Source of the DNA: Candidatus Micrarchaeota archaeon
GTDB taxonomy: Archaea > Micrarchaeota > Micrarchaeia > Anstonellales > Bilamarchaeaceae
NCBI GenBank assembly: GCA_038046765.1
Contig: JBBSVN010000007.1
Coordinates: 48,989 to 112,988, forward strand
DNA: 64,000 nt
Direction of reading: 5' to 3'
Shown here: positions 18,711-28,645 of the stretch, in pieces
Numbering within the stretch: position 1 is the stretch's first letter
Layout: the number at the start of each line of letters is the position of its first letter
Notes under the pieces: generated by a model
What the model was told of the DNA's origin: nothing
Database searches by the model: none
What the model saw: only the letters and a program-made list of their open reading frames with translations
Position numbers and translations under genes: made by a program

Positions 18711-19804
18711 GTTTCCTCAAATCTTTTAACCATCTTTTCTACAGAATATTCTTTTAACATTTTTTGTCGTGCTGCTTTGCCAATGCCTTCCCTTATTTTC
18801 GGACTTCGAATCAAATAATCTATAGCAGCGGAAAGCTGCAATACATTCTGAGGTTGTATTAACAGTCCGTGCTTTTCATCTTCAATTAGTTCCTCGTTTC
18901 CATCAATGTTTGTAGCAATTACAGGCAATCCTGCTGCCATCGCTTCCATTAAAGCTCCTGGTAGACCTTCCCGAAGTGATGGGAAAACAAAAATGTCGAA
19001 TGATTTTAAGATGTCTGGAATATCTTTACGCTCTCCTAAAAAGACAATGCTGTTTTCGACATGCAAATCTTTTACTAATTGTTGCAATTCGTTTAGCATA
19101 ACTCCACTTCCGACCAAGATTAGTTTAGCAGTTTTATTTTTCTTTAGGATATTCGGCATCGCTCTTATCGCGTACTTTTGTCCTTTAAATTCGTAAAGCC
19201 TAGCCACATAGCCAATTACAAAGTCGTCTTGGTTTAGGCCAAGTTTTTGCTTAGCCTCTTCTTTGGTTAGTTTGCTTTCAAGTTCGCTCCAATTCTTACC
19301 GTTTGGTATGTGCAAAACCTTTTCCTTAGGTACTCCATAAGAAATAAGTTCGTTAGCTCCAGCAAGTGAATTAGAAATATGCAAATCAGCTAGTCCAAGC
19401 GTGATTTTATCAAACCACACTTTAATTTTAGACTTCCCAGTATCCGTATCCCGTTTACCGCAAATAACTTTCTTTCTTAAAATAAGTTTTCCAACTATCC
19501 GGGCGATTAAATTCTCCTGAAGTAAAAATGAGTTAATTATATCTGGCTTAAGTGATAATACCTTAAATAAAAATAGCGGGTAAGCTACTGGATAAAGATA
19601 TTTGCATGGCAGGTTAAGCGATTGTATCTTTATGCCTGCTGCCTTAGCTTCGTTAACTAGCGACCCTCGGTTATAGATGGTACAAATTACGTGTTCAATA
19701 TCCTTATTCTGCGAGTTTTTAATTAAAGTTAGAAGCATTCTTTCTGCTCCACCTACTTCGAGGCTTGCGATAAAATGAAGAACTTTGATTGGTCTATTTT
19801 CCAC
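18674..19804 (-). CDS. GT4 glycosyltransferase
   Basis: GGAE, VARL..FKG and FPSLREGLPGALMEAMAAG motifs. Confidence 0.92.
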   Translation of the reverse strand: MENRPIKVLHFIASLEVGGAERMLLTLIKNSQNKDIEHVICTIYNRGSLVNEAKAAGIKIQSLNLPCKYLYPVAYPLFLFKVLSLKPDIINSFLLQENLIARIVGKLILRKKVICGKRDTDTGKSKIKVWFDKITLGLADLHISNSLAGANELISYGVPKEKVLHIPNGKNWSELESKLTKEEAKQKLGLNQDDFVIGYVARLYEFKGQKYAIRAMPNILKKNKTAKLILVGSGVMLNELQQLVKDLHVENSIVFLGERKDIPDILKSFDIFVFPSLREGLPGALMEAMAAGLPVIATNIDGNEELIEDEKHGLLIQPQNVLQLSAAIDYLIRSPKIREGIGKAARQKMLKEYSVEKMVKRFEETYIRKRAESTTF

Positions 19805-19815
19805 AATTACACCAG

Positions 19816-20106
19816 TTATCTGATCAGTTCAAGAGATTTTTTTAGTTGGTCGTAATTTAAGTTGCTTTTTATCCCGTGAGATGTAAATATTTCCATCATT
19901 TCTCTTAATGGGATGTTGCAAAGTTTCGCTGCTTCTCTAAGACTTATCCTACCTTCTTTGTACAACTGCACTGCATATTCTCTTGTTCCAAGAATTAATA
20001 GTTGTCTTAATGCTGTTGATTCATCTACACTTTCCATTTTTGTACGGAATTTTAATACGTTTACTAAGTCATAAGATAATCTTGTAGTTTTAGATACGTT
20101 TTCCAT
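19816..20106 (-). CDS. UPF0175-family antitoxin (likely start MENVSK at 20106)
   Basis: AVQLYKEGRISLREAAKLCNI motif. Confidence 0.82.
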   Translation of the reverse strand: MENVSKTTRLSYDLVNVLKFRTKMESVDESTALRQLLILGTREYAVQLYKEGRISLREAAKLCNIPLREMMEIFTSHGIKSNLNYDQLKKSLELIR

Positions 20107-20107
20107 A

Positions 20108-20599
20108 TTACCCAACCTCTGAAAGTGCAAGGTCATACTGCTCTGTACTTACATATTCTTTAAGTCTGTTTAGTGCAGTAATCGCATCGTCTCTTTTTAT
20201 TTTCGCTTTTTTATATAAATAAACAATAATATACGCAGGAGGCAGAACTTTGCAACCAAGCGAGCTTAATAAAGTAAAAACTTTTCTGTCATCTGTTGAA
20301 ACAAAATCGTACTCAATACTTTTGGTTAAAGCATACACCCCCATTTCGCCGTTTAATAAACCAAAATGTTTTATTTCGACTTCAGTTTCTTTAGTTAGCT
20401 CTACCTTAAGTACTTTTATTTTTTCCTGGTTTATATTTTGTTCAATTATTTGGGAATCAGGGTATTCTCTGGCTTGATCTACAGTTTCTATTTTTACTTC
20501 TTGTGGTATTACAATTTCGTAGTTTTCTACAAGTATCTCTTTAAAATGTGATTTTGTGAGTTTTATTAAACTATCTGCATCCATTATTATCTTTGTCAT
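20108..20599 (-). CDS. PIN-domain (DUF3368-like) toxin
   Basis: IIMDADSLI, IPQEVKIE, GE and STDD motifs. Confidence 0.82.
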   Translation of the reverse strand: MTKIIMDADSLIKLTKSHFKEILVENYEIVIPQEVKIETVDQAREYPDSQIIEQNINQEKIKVLKVELTKETEVEIKHFGLLNGEMGVYALTKSIEYDFVSTDDRKVFTLLSSLGCKVLPPAYIIVYLYKKAKIKRDDAITALNRLKEYVSTEQYDLALSEVG

Positions 20600-20625
20600 A
20601 CAATTATTACAGCGTAATACATTTA

Positions 20626-21981
20626 TTAATATTGTGCTTTAACAATCTGTTCGTATTCATTAACAAGTTGCTGTGCCTTCTCCTGAGTCTTTGCTTCTGC
20701 AAAAATCCTTACGTAATCTTCTGTTCCGCTTGCCCTGACAATTACCCAGGAATCAGCAAAATCTACGCGAATCCCATCGATTTCATTTATCTTTAGTTTT
20801 TTCTTAGTTGCATACGCTTTTGCTTTTTTTAGCATAGTTTGTTTTTCATCTGATTTAGCACTTATCTTTATTTTATGATTATAATAAACAGGAACTTGGG
20901 CAATCGCTTCACTTAATTTTTTTCCGGTTAATGCCATATGTTCAATAATTTTAACTGCTGTAAAAATTCCATCTTTAGCTAAACTAAGTTCTGGCCAGAT
21001 CACTCCTCCAACTTCTTCTCCACCAGATACGCACTTATTTTCTAAAACTGCTTCACAGATGTATGGCGCACCAACTTTTGTATAAATTGTTTTGACACCA
21101 AATTTTTCTGCTACATCCTGCGTCGCTTTACTTGTGGCAACTGTTGTAACTACGCTCCCTTTTTTCTCCTGTAATTTTATTAAAAATGAAAGTGCAGTTA
21201 TTTTGTCTCCTATTACAAATTCGCCATTTTCATCTACGAGTGTTACTCTATCTCCATCACAATCAAATGCAATTCCAAGGTCGCATTTTGTTGCTTTGAC
21301 AATGCTAATTAGTTCCTTTATGTTTTCTTTGGTTGGTTCGCTATCCCGACCAGGAAAAGTACCGTCAATCTGGCTGTTTATGCTTATTATCTGGCATCCA
21401 AGTAAGTCTCGTAAAACATAAGGCGCAATTAAACACATTGTTGCGTTCGCACAATCTACGGCTACTTTATACTTCTTAGATTTTATCTTTTCGATATTTT
21501 TTCCTATAAGTTTTATCATCGCAGTTATATGGTCGCTCGTTGCGTTTTTGTATTTTAAAACTGGTTTTACATTTTTGTAATTTGTATTCTTGTTAGTAAG
21601 CATTAGTTTTTCTATATCTTCTCCTCTTTCTCTTGATACTGAAACTCCGTCTCTATCAACAACTTTAAGTGCATTATACTCTGGAGGAAGATGCGATGCT
21701 GTAATTATTATAAGTCCATCTGCATTTAGTTTTTTTATCATAAATTCGGCAGTTGGTGAAGTTACTACTCCTAAATCAATAACTTCGCAGCCGATGCTAG
21801 TTAGTCCTGCTAAAACTGCATTATTTAAGCGTTCTCCAGTAAGACGCACATCTCGTCCTACAACTATTTTTCCATTGTTAAAATACGTTCCAATTGCAAT
21901 GGCAGCTTTAAGTGCAAATTCTTCATTAAGAAAATCGAATTTACCGCGTATTCCGTTTGTTCCAAAATATTTTGCAGTCAT
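20626..21981 (-). CDS. phosphoglucosamine/phosphomannomutase-family alpha-D-phosphohexomutase
   Basis: FGTNGIRG, ITASH, DCDGDR, GEE.GG and RASGTE motifs. Confidence 0.92.
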   Translation of the reverse strand: MTAKYFGTNGIRGKFDFLNEEFALKAAIAIGTYFNNGKIVVGRDVRLTGERLNNAVLAGLTSIGCEVIDLGVVTSPTAEFMIKKLNADGLIIITASHLPPEYNALKVVDRDGVSVSRERGEDIEKLMLTNKNTNYKNVKPVLKYKNATSDHITAMIKLIGKNIEKIKSKKYKVAVDCANATMCLIAPYVLRDLLGCQIISINSQIDGTFPGRDSEPTKENIKELISIVKATKCDLGIAFDCDGDRVTLVDENGEFVIGDKITALSFLIKLQEKKGSVVTTVATSKATQDVAEKFGVKTIYTKVGAPYICEAVLENKCVSGGEEVGGVIWPELSLAKDGIFTAVKIIEHMALTGKKLSEAIAQVPVYYNHKIKISAKSDEKQTMLKKAKAYATKKKLKINEIDGIRVDFADSWVIVRASGTEDYVRIFAEAKTQEKAQQLVNEYEQIVKAQY

Positions 21982-22002
21982 GAATATCAACTTATTTAAT
22001 GT

Positions 22003-22923
22003 CTATTGCGGTTCAAGCATTTCTTTTAATCCTTGTTCAAGATTATACTCTGCTTTAAATTTTAGCAATTCCTTTGCCATATTTACATCCGCGTAAGAAT
22101 ACTTTATATCTCCTATGCGTTCGTTTTCATTTTTAGGGTTAATATCGCTATGTAATATCTTTTTTATTGTAGAAAAAAGCGTATTTATACTAGTTTGTTT
22201 TCCTGTTGCAATGTTTAAATTTACATTAGATAGGTTACTTTCCATTGCAAGTATTGTCGCACGGGCTACATCTTTAACATAAATAAAATCCCTTGTTTGG
22301 CTCCCATCTCCAAAAATAATTGGGTTTTTGTCATTTTTAACGCAATCGATGAACTTACTTATTACTCCGGCGTAACTTGAACCTGGGTCTTGTCTTGGCC
22401 CATAAATATTAAAATATCTTAAACATATTGTTGGTAAATTATATTTTGTAGAAAACCAGCTGGCGGTTTGTTCATTCATAAGTTTGCTAATTCCATATGG
22501 AGAAATGGGTTTCGTTTGTTCTGTTTCTTTAATTGGTGGTGTACTATCGCCATAAACTGCGGCGCTACTTGCCAGTACTACTTTTTTTATTTTTTTCTCT
22601 GCGCACAAATTAAGGACGTTTTTAGTTCCTTCAACATTTATTTCATAACATTTTTCAGGATCTTTTATCGAATCAGCTACACTAACAATTGCTGCTTCGT
22701 GAATTACGTAATCCACTCCAGAAAGTGCTTTTTCAACATCTTCAATAAATGTAATTCCTCCTTCTATAATTTCTATCTTATTTTTTATGTGCCTAATGTT
22801 GTCCATTGTTCCGGTTGAAAAATCATCAAGTATAACTACTTTGTACTCTTTTGAAACTAATTGTTCGCAGATGTGCGAACCTACAAAACCCGCTCCTCCT
22901 GTTACTAAAATCCTTTTGTTCAT
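22003..22923 (-). CDS. NAD-dependent NDP-sugar 4-epimerase
   Basis: GGAGFVG, SSAAVYG, PYGISK and YFNIYGPRQDP.S.YAGVI motifs. Confidence 0.9.
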   Translation of the reverse strand: MNKRILVTGGAGFVGSHICEQLVSKEYKVVILDDFSTGTMDNIRHIKNKIEIIEGGITFIEDVEKALSGVDYVIHEAAIVSVADSIKDPEKCYEINVEGTKNVLNLCAEKKIKKVVLASSAAVYGDSTPPIKETEQTKPISPYGISKLMNEQTASWFSTKYNLPTICLRYFNIYGPRQDPGSSYAGVISKFIDCVKNDKNPIIFGDGSQTRDFIYVKDVARATILAMESNLSNVNLNIATGKQTSINTLFSTIKKILHSDINPKNENERIGDIKYSYADVNMAKELLKFKAEYNLEQGLKEMLEPQ

Positions 22924-22959
22924 CTAATCATCATCAATAATCTGCTAGCTTTACTTTAT

Positions 22960-24570
22960 CTAGTAGCTAGGTATTTTGTTAATAATTGATATTATTATAT
23001 CTGGTATCTTTGCTTTTTTTAACCATTGTGAGAATATCTCAATCTCACTTTTTGTAAATATTGTGAAATACTTTCCTATGAAAATTAATCCTAAGAATAA
23101 TGTTGCAACTGGTGCAAACAATACTCCTAATTCCAAGAATTTGGTTGCACCTGCTAAAGGTAGTTTCATTATAACTGAAGAAATTTTATCATATAGCAAA
23201 ATTTTTATTCCAAAATTTAATACAAACAGGATTAATCCCATTGCGATTATCTTGTAAATTGTGTTATAAAAGTTAAATTTGAAAAGTTTCTTGCTCTCTA
23301 TCTGAGTTAGTACAAGGCTTACAAAATAAAACCCCAGGTAAGACAATGCTGCTCCTACAATTCCATAAATAGGTATCAAAAGATAATACATTACCAAGGT
23401 TATTACTAATGAAATTCCAGTTATTTTTGTAGCAACATCTGCTTTTTTTATCGAGTAAAAAACATTTCTTTGATGGTAGCCTAGTGTAAATGCAATAAAT
23501 GCAACTGTGAGGATGATTAGTGTCGTACCTCCGTTTGCATATCCTTGTCCATACATAACTGATAATATTTCGGATGGATAGACAAGAAGAAAAACAAATA
23601 TTGGCAGTGCAAGCATAAGTGTCCATTTTAGTGCGGTATTAGTTACTGTTACTATTTTTTCATAGTTTTCCTCATTATCTGCATGCATATGTGACACAAC
23701 CGGTACAAATATTGAGCCTATTGAAGAGGAAAACATTTGCACCAATGTTGCAAGCCCTAAAGCTAGAACATATACTGCAATGTCTGCGCTTCCCTGCGAA
23801 CCAAGGAAATACGCTAAAAATATCTTATCAGAATTTCCAAAAACATTGTTTATTAATACACCTGCAAACGAAGCAATTCCAAAAGGTGTTATTTCTTTTC
23901 TTAACTCTTTCTCTTCCACATTTTCATCGCTATTTTGCAATTCTTTGTAGTATTTCCATACGTAATAAACGTGTATTACTGTACCTGCTCCAAAAGAAAG
24001 TAAAAAGAGCCATGTGAATATTTCTGCTCCCTTACCAAAAATCATTATTACTGGGTAAAGTAATAGTAATCTTGAGAGGGTCTGGATAACCATTGAAATT
24101 GCAGCGTCCTTTGATTTTTTAAAACCCAGGATTGCTGCCTGTGCCATTGTAAATAACGAGTATAATAAAATGTAAAAACTAAGTATTTGTATCAAAGGCG
24201 CGATTTGGGGTGTATTAAAGAAAGTTGCTACTTCTTTACTTAACAAAAAGAAGCCCATTACAAGAATTGCAGACAATAAAATTCCAAAATGAAAAACTAG
24301 CCTTATTAGTTTTTTAACTGTATTATAATTTTTTTTTCCGTAATAACCTGACACGTAAACGGATAGCACATTCGATAATCCCGGGTCAGATAAAATAGTA
24401 GCTAAGCTTATTATTCCAAATGCAGCGTAAAATTGGCCAATTGTTTCTTTTGCAAATTCCCTTGCTATAAATATTGTAAAAATTAATCCGAGTACTTTTA
24501 CTGCTGTAAAAGAAGCAAACTGCCAGAATGTTCCTTTTGCAATTTCCTTGTAACCTTCTTCTTCTTCCAT
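22960..24570 (-). CDS. Wzx/MOP-family oligosaccharide flippase
   Basis: About 14 TM segments; IAKGTFW, DKIFL and LIPIYGIVGAA patterns. Confidence 0.85.
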   Translation of the reverse strand: MEEEEGYKEIAKGTFWQFASFTAVKVLGLIFTIFIAREFAKETIGQFYAAFGIISLATILSDPGLSNVLSVYVSGYYGKKNYNTVKKLIRLVFHFGILLSAILVMGFFLLSKEVATFFNTPQIAPLIQILSFYILLYSLFTMAQAAILGFKKSKDAAISMVIQTLSRLLLLYPVIMIFGKGAEIFTWLFLLSFGAGTVIHVYYVWKYYKELQNSDENVEEKELRKEITPFGIASFAGVLINNVFGNSDKIFLAYFLGSQGSADIAVYVLALGLATLVQMFSSSIGSIFVPVVSHMHADNEENYEKIVTVTNTALKWTLMLALPIFVFLLVYPSEILSVMYGQGYANGGTTLIILTVAFIAFTLGYHQRNVFYSIKKADVATKITGISLVITLVMYYLLIPIYGIVGAALSYLGFYFVSLVLTQIESKKLFKFNFYNTIYKIIAMGLILFVLNFGIKILLYDKISSVIMKLPLAGATKFLELGVLFAPVATLFLGLIFIGKYFTIFTKSEIEIFSQWLKKAKIPDIIISIINKIPSY

Positions 24571-24594
24571 GCCACCACTTTGACTCTGCCTTTT

Positions 24595-24706
24595 CTAATC
24601 TCGTGAACTTTGTTCACGATCCCTCAAAATGCAAAGCATTTTGAGATAGCAAAAGTAGAGGGTTCTCAAAAACCTTCAGGCATTTTCTAAGAAACCTTTT
24701 ACTTTT
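24595..24706. repeat. REP-like cluster of palindromes
   Basis: TCGTGAAC-TTT-GTTCACGA; CTCAAAATGC-AAA-GCATTTTGAG; AAAAGTAGAGGGTT...AACCTTTTACTTTT. Confidence 0.65.
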
Positions 24707-24765
24707 CTGTACTTTTAAGAAATGATTCTATTGTTAAAAATTATTAGTCCAAAGATTATTAAGTC

Positions 24766-25878
24766 CTACTCATTAGCTTCTTTATAAACTTCCAAAACAT
24801 CCTTCGCAATTTTGTCCCAGGAATACTCCTTTGTAAGGTTAGATTTTGCCTGTTTTACAATTTGTATGAATTTCTCTCTGTTTTCTAAAAAATACATTAG
24901 TTTCTTTTCTAATTCAGTTTCATCTTTAAAGAGGAACAATTCCGCGTTTTTACCATAAATTTTGTTATAAAATACTTCGTAGTCGCCTACCCTTGTTGAA
25001 AAAATTGGACGTTCGCTTGCTACTGCCTCAAGCCAGACTAACGGGAATCCCTCATATTTACTTGGTAAGGCTATCGCGAGTGAATTACAATATTCCTTTA
25101 CGATTTCTTTGTATGGAACTTCTTTGAAAGAAACCGAATCTTGTATGTTTAGTTCCTTAGTTAGTTTAACTAAACCTTCTTTTATTCCCTCATCCTTACC
25201 AATTATATTAAGCTTAATTTCTTCTTCAAATTTTGTACTGAACTTAGCAAATGTGCTTATTAGTAAGTCGATCCCTTTGTATTCATCAAGCCGACCAATG
25301 TAAGAAATTGTTCTGTTATTGTCAAAACTAGGACAATTAAATTTATCTATATCTACTCCACAAGGGATATGTATCAATTTGCTTTTGTCAACTTCCTTTT
25401 CAATATCCTTAATTGAAACATTTGAAACTACAATTACTTTTTTTGCTATCCTTAGGAAGATGCTTGCGATAAACAAGCGATAGAAACTCTGAAAAACTCC
25501 GGAGAATCCATTTAGTTTTGGGTAGCCGTGGAGTGTAAATACAAACGGTTTTCGTTTTATCCATGCTGCAATGGCTGTGAAAAACGGCATGAGCGAGCCA
25601 TATCCGTGTGAAGAAAAAATGTCTGCATCGCTCTTAAGCATCGCTAAAAACATACCTGGTGAGAATCGGACTGATGAGAAAACTGGGGCTGCAAAAGAAA
25701 AAAAACGGCGCACAGTTATTCCATTAATCTTTTCTTCTTTAGATGTATTTGGCAGTGCTGATGTAAAAACAGTAAGTTCATTGCCCAAAGCACAAAGCTC
25801 ACTGCTAAGATTTAACGTATAATTTTCTATTCCGCCTGTTGCGGGCGGAAATAAATGCGTGACTTGAAGGATTTTCAT
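24766..25878 (-). CDS. GT4 glycosyltransferase
   Basis: FPPATGGIE, IGRLDEYKG and LPSKYEGFPLVWLEA motifs. Confidence 0.9.
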   Translation of the reverse strand: MKILQVTHLFPPATGGIENYTLNLSSELCALGNELTVFTSALPNTSKEEKINGITVRRFFSFAAPVFSSVRFSPGMFLAMLKSDADIFSSHGYGSLMPFFTAIAAWIKRKPFVFTLHGYPKLNGFSGVFQSFYRLFIASIFLRIAKKVIVVSNVSIKDIEKEVDKSKLIHIPCGVDIDKFNCPSFDNNRTISYIGRLDEYKGIDLLISTFAKFSTKFEEEIKLNIIGKDEGIKEGLVKLTKELNIQDSVSFKEVPYKEIVKEYCNSLAIALPSKYEGFPLVWLEAVASERPIFSTRVGDYEVFYNKIYGKNAELFLFKDETELEKKLMYFLENREKFIQIVKQAKSNLTKEYSWDKIAKDVLEVYKEANE

Positions 25879-26032
25879 AAGTAATCTTATCTGAGACCAC
25901 TTTTAATCCTTTTGTGGTTTGGTACTGACCACTTTAGGCTACTTATCAATCCGAAATTGATTAATTTAGACTGCTTTAGGTATTTTTTATGTAATCGAAT
26001 GGTTTTAAATCAAATCCTCTAATAATATCACT

Positions 26033-27187
26033 ATGCACAACAAAAGAAAAAAATTACGATATGCTCCTGTTCCTTCAGCAGAATTATCCCATCCAAAGAA
26101 ATGGCGTAAATGGGCACTTCTAGGTGGAATTGCATTAGGCTTATACATAGCTAGTAAAATAACTCCTGAAGAATCAAAAAACCCTAGAGGTCAGTTAGTC
26201 GTCGCAAGAAAAATTGGAGAAGAAAAAAAGTTTACAAACATCCATAATATTCTAGATCGGTACTCAATTTCCAATTCCGAAGTTAAAAAAATTATCCAAA
26301 CTTCAGATTACGACATCGTAATTTTATCACAAAATTCCAACGCCCTAAAGAGGATTTCTGCTCAAAACTTAAATGGCGCTAGCCTTGCTTTAATAAAAGA
26401 GGGTTCGCAAATTCGTTGTTTTTTAGTCGTAAGACCGTTTAGGGATGATGAAATAATTCCAAGGTACGATGTAAATGCCGATAAAATTAAGCAGAATCTA
26501 AAAGATTTGCTTGATAAAACTGCTCGTTCATCTAGTCCTGATGATCGCGCCCTTTTGTTTGAACAAACAATGCAACTTGCAAAGACTCTTTCTTCAAGAG
26601 AACCTGATAGGGAAATTTTAGAATTTATGCTATTGCAGGAATTATTACAAATACGCGTAGATGATGCGCAAAATATCGAACAGAAAAGGAAGAACAATTT
26701 TTCAGATACTCTTTTACACGAGGTAGTTCATGGTGAGTACAGCAGAAACGAACTAATAAATCACCCCGAAAAGTATTCTCTTGGTAATAATGATGTTTTA
26801 ATTCTAGGTAGTGCTACTGTTTCTGTTTTAACCATTGAAGATAGTGAAAAACTTGCAAGGCTCGCAACCATTGCCTACGGAGTAAGTCCTATTTCGATGA
26901 TCCGTGATTTAATTTCCAGAAGTTCGTTAGAATTAATTTCCAGTCCTAAACGAGATTCTTATAAACTACTAAAAGATTTATTGTTTGCATTGAATGTTTC
27001 AAAAGACCATCTAGCTCTGCTTGATAAAACTGAGGACGAAATTCGTTTCGCTGCTAAGCAACTACTAGAGAGATTTTCTATAGAAAGGTACGGTACACCT
27101 TTTGATCAGGTCATTAGCCCTACCCGATTGGAATCAGTTTTGTGGACTGCACGAAATTATTTCGACCAAAACCAGGGGAATTTGTAA
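26033..27187 (+). CDS. membrane-anchored putative zinc metallopeptidase
   Basis: Basic N-terminus plus TM segment (WALLGGIALGLYIA); TLLHEVVHG (H229-H233); candidate third ligand in SEKLA (E272). Confidence 0.55.
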   Translation: MHNKRKKLRYAPVPSAELSHPKKWRKWALLGGIALGLYIASKITPEESKNPRGQLVVARKIGEEKKFTNIHNILDRYSISNSEVKKIIQTSDYDIVILSQNSNALKRISAQNLNGASLALIKEGSQIRCFLVVRPFRDDEIIPRYDVNADKIKQNLKDLLDKTARSSSPDDRALLFEQTMQLAKTLSSREPDREILEFMLLQELLQIRVDDAQNIEQKRKNNFSDTLLHEVVHGEYSRNELINHPEKYSLGNNDVLILGSATVSVLTIEDSEKLARLATIAYGVSPISMIRDLISRSSLELISSPKRDSYKLLKDLLFALNVSKDHLALLDKTEDEIRFAAKQLLERFSIERYGTPFDQVISPTRLESVLWTARNYFDQNQGNL

Positions 27188-27198
27188 ACCCCATTGAA

Positions 27199-27774
27199 TT
27201 AAATTTTAACCTTTACTTCCTTCTTCTCTTCAAAACTTGCTTTAAAATACTCCTTGTCTTGCATAGATAATCCTCCTGCAATTATTGAATCCGGAATTGA
27301 GTGTATTTTCGTATTGTATAAAAGCACAGAATTATTGTAAAATTCTCTTCTATCCGCAATCTGGTTTTCTACTCTGCTTAATTCCTGCTGCAAGTGTAAG
27401 AAGTTTTCATTAGCCTGGAGCTTTGGGTAATTTTCTGAAACTGCAAATATACTTTTTAGTGCACTAGTTATCATGTTGTCTGCTGTTGCCCTGCTGCTAA
27501 GGTTCCCACTTACCAATTGTGTTCTATATTTTGTTATTGTTTCAAGAGTTTCTTTTTCATATTTTTTGTAACCTTTAATCGTTTCTACAAGATTAGGTAT
27601 AAGGTCATACCTCTGCTTTAACAAAACATCTATATTTGACCATGCCTTATCGATGTTATTTTTTAGTTCTATTAGTCCGTTGTAGACTGATAAAAAGTAA
27701 AAAATCGCCCAACTAAATAAAACAATACCAACAAATGCCAGTGTTATTCCTAAAGCAAAAACCATCGCTATCAC
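27199..27774 (-). CDS. lemA: LemA family protein
   Basis: YNGLI..KN.IDKAWSNIDVLLKQRYDLIPNLV; ENYPKLQANENF; RREFYN. Confidence 0.92.
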   Translation of the reverse strand: MIAMVFALGITLAFVGIVLFSWAIFYFLSVYNGLIELKNNIDKAWSNIDVLLKQRYDLIPNLVETIKGYKKYEKETLETITKYRTQLVSGNLSSRATADNMITSALKSIFAVSENYPKLQANENFLHLQQELSRVENQIADRREFYNNSVLLYNTKIHSIPDSIIAGGLSMQDKEYFKASFEEKKEVKVKI

Positions 27775-28551
27775 CTATATTTTAAACATTGTCAAAAGTA
27801 AAAATAAACATATAGTTGAAATTATTAAACCTATTACCAAAGATGTCTTGACGCCTGAACCCATCTCTTGTGTTATTTCAGTTTCATGTTTGTCCATTAT
27901 GTAGAGAATATTATCTGGTTTTTCCTTTTTTATAATAATTGAATTTTCAACGGACTCATATGGTGTAGCTGTACCAAGAACATAAATCATTTCATTCTCT
28001 GCAATAAAATACTCGTAAATCATAACTTCAAGATTTTGATGATCCATAAAACTTTTTTTATCCTTTTCTTTAAGTGTTTCTATATATTCAAGTACAGAGC
28101 TTTCTATTTTCTTATGAGATACTCCAAAAACGCCCTTGCCAGATATGTATCCTTTGTAAACTTTGTCTTCTGGAATTTCAATTTGTGAGCCTGTTGGATC
28201 AATTAGAATTTTACCTGTTTCATCTTTTATATAAAATTTATCTGTACTTTTTGATGTGTAAAATTCTTTCCAACCACCATATTTACCAGATTTATAATAC
28301 TGGGCATTTATTTCCCAATAAACGCATTTTTGTTTTGCAATTGGGCTTAAAACTTGATTAAACATCTTACTTTCGCCATAAACTTCGCTTAGTCCCATTG
28401 CAACTGCCTCTACCTTCGATGTAGGGGTGTTTTTTATCTTTTGTAAAAGACGATAGTTTAGTAAAGAATTTATTATAAAAGATATGCCTATTAGGAATCC
28501 GCTTATCAATAATATTAGTGCCTTAACTTCTGAGTTTGTCATGTTTGCCAC
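27775..28551 (-). CDS. GIDE-domain membrane protein (LemA-associated)
   Basis: IKNTPTSKV..VAMGL.EV.G, FYIKDETGKILIDP and IYVLG motifs; TM segments at both ends. Confidence 0.75.
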   Translation of the reverse strand: MANMTNSEVKALILLISGFLIGISFIINSLLNYRLLQKIKNTPTSKVEAVAMGLSEVYGESKMFNQVLSPIAKQKCVYWEINAQYYKSGKYGGWKEFYTSKSTDKFYIKDETGKILIDPTGSQIEIPEDKVYKGYISGKGVFGVSHKKIESSVLEYIETLKEKDKKSFMDHQNLEVMIYEYFIAENEMIYVLGTATPYESVENSIIIKKEKPDNILYIMDKHETEITQEMGSGVKTSLVIGLIISTICLFLLLTMFKI

Positions 28552-28645
28552 TTAGAAAAACTTACTCGAGATATATTTATAAATTCCAGTCGCGTTATAA
28601 TATTCTAGTTTTCATTTAGTTAAAACATATAAAACATATAAGTTA

